A stretch of DNA of 63,280 bases, counting the filler, from Licmophora abbreviata (taxonomy: Eukaryota), in the NCBI GenBank assembly GCA_900291995.1. It is 50 parts of 50 records of this genome, joined end to end, with 100 filler letters (N's around TTAATTAATTAA, not from the genome) between each part and the next. Parts side by side here need not be neighbours in the genome. Positions count along the whole stretch, not along the records: positions 62,162 to 63,280 come from OLMU01006715.1; 49 more parts are not named here. One strand, 5' to 3'. A program made the translations under genes and the position numbers. Each line of letters starts with the position of its first letter. Within the stretch, counting starts at the first letter, position 1. Shown in pieces: positions 62,062-63,280 of this stretch. The notes under the pieces are model-generated. The model searched no databases. It saw only the letters and a program-made list of their open reading frames with translations, and was not told the DNA's origin.

Positions 62062-62504
62062 NNNNNNNNNNNNNNNNNNNNNNNNNNNNNNNNNNNNNNN
62101 NNNNNTTAATTAATTAANNNNNNNNNNNNNNNNNNNNNNNNNNNNNNNNNNNNNNNNNNNNCAAGTTCGTGCAGGACTGACGCACGTACATACGGGTTAC
62201 ATCTAGTACAAGTTTTACGCACCAACCTACGCCGAATCGACGCTTCAAAGTCTGAACTAACAGCGATACCGCCCGTCCCCCTGGAAGTCTTCGGCTAGCA
62301 TCCCAGTTTCAATCTCCAAGGTTACAGATCGCAACAAACGATAGCAAAAACCACACAGAAATGAACAAATGCGAAGCTACCAAAAGTGCTCCAGAGACAA
62401 CGCAAAATCCGGTACTTTCCTACGCAGGCTTCATACGGCGTCAGCATCAAGGGAAAGTCAGCAAAGAAACGCAACGAAACGCACCAAACAAAGAAAGAAG
62501 TACA

Positions 62505-63090
62505 ACGACACAGCCGATCGGGAACGGATCGACAAACAGAAGGGGCAGTCAGGCGAGACCTGCCAAGAAATAAACACAGAAACGAAACACAGCAACAAAG
62601 AAGAACGACACAGCAGATCGGGAACAGATCGACAAACAGAAGGGGCAGTCAGGCGAGACCTGCCAAGAAATAAACACAGAAACGAAACACAGCAACGAAA
62701 GAAGAAAGACACAGCAGATCGGGAACAGATCGACAAACAGAAGGGGCAGTCAAGTGAGACCTGCCAAGAAATAGACACAGAAACAAAACACAGCAACGAA
62801 AGAAGAAAGACACAGCAGATTGGGAACAGATCGACAAACAGAAGGGGCAGTCAGGAGATGCCAAGAAATAAACACAGAAACAAAACACAGCAACGAAAGA
62901 AGAACGACACAGCAGATCGGGAACGGATCGACAAACAGAAGGGGCAGTCAGGCGAGACCTGCCAAGAAATAAACACAGAATCGAAACAAACAACACAGCA
63001 AAAGAAAGAAGAATGACACAGCAGATCCGGAACAGATCGACAACAAGAAATGGAAGTCGGCGAGACCTGCTGCCAAGAAATAAACACAGA
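62505..63090. repeat. Tandem repeat of about 100-bp units, 5-6 copies, A-rich on the + strand
   Basis: GACACAGCAGATCGGGAACAGATCGACAAACAGAAGGGGCAGTCAGGCGAGACCTGCCAAGAAATAAACACAGAAA recurs at about 100-bp period. Confidence 0.92.
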
Positions 63091-63280
63091 CAAGAAACTT
63101 GAACACCAGGCATGCAAACAAAACAAGAGCGGATAGCAGCCAGAAATGCAACCGAAACAAAACTTAGGCCTCAGCATCAGCAGAGGAAACCCCTCACCAA
63201 GCTCACAATTGCAGTAGAAAGCCGCCCCTTGGGGGCCGCAAGTACAAGAGGTTCCTACCTCGAATACAGGTAGGGTAATC

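Noticed and set aside
1220..62161. Regularly spaced TTAATTAATTAA palindromes as a CRISPR-like or biological repeat
   Set aside because: Always centred in N runs of fixed length; an assembly linker
62361..63177. Several overlapping ORFs in the 100-bp array
   Set aside because: Open frames result from low T content, and the unit length is not a constant multiple of three

Overview
This window is not contiguous DNA. It is a pseudo-scaffold of 50 unplaced contigs of about 1.1-1.2 kb, joined by an artificial 100-bp linker (N44-TTAATTAATTAA-N44, stops in all six frames), so adjacency across linkers means nothing. Most contigs look like diatom/stramenopile nuclear DNA: short GT-AG introns, a signal peptide plus Phe plastid-targeting motif, CoDi-like Ty1/copia pieces, DIRS-like, LINE, hAT, Harbinger-like and piggyBac-like elements, and housekeeping or cell-surface gene fragments. 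One contig is mitochondrial-type: a group II intron with a maturase-HNH ORF in front of the last cox3 exon. Five contigs look alphaproteobacterial, probably Rhodobacteraceae (tuf, tRNA-Trp, IS256, GT2 genes, a sulfatase-like gene). Main finding: three retrotransposon contigs with no obvious nucleotide similarity (two copia, one putative DIRS-like) have gag ending in a single stop codon whose frame stays open downstream (into the protease in both copia cases). Each stop is followed by a spacer of about 7 nt and a strong stem-loop, the architecture of programmed stop-codon readthrough. Also notable: an ornithine cyclodeaminase gene split by a 536-bp insert with no terminal repeats and a 5-bp duplication, which may be spliced like an introner, and a cox3 group II intron with a non-AY 3' end and a stop in its ORF. 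All protein calls are from motif recognition; no database searches were run.
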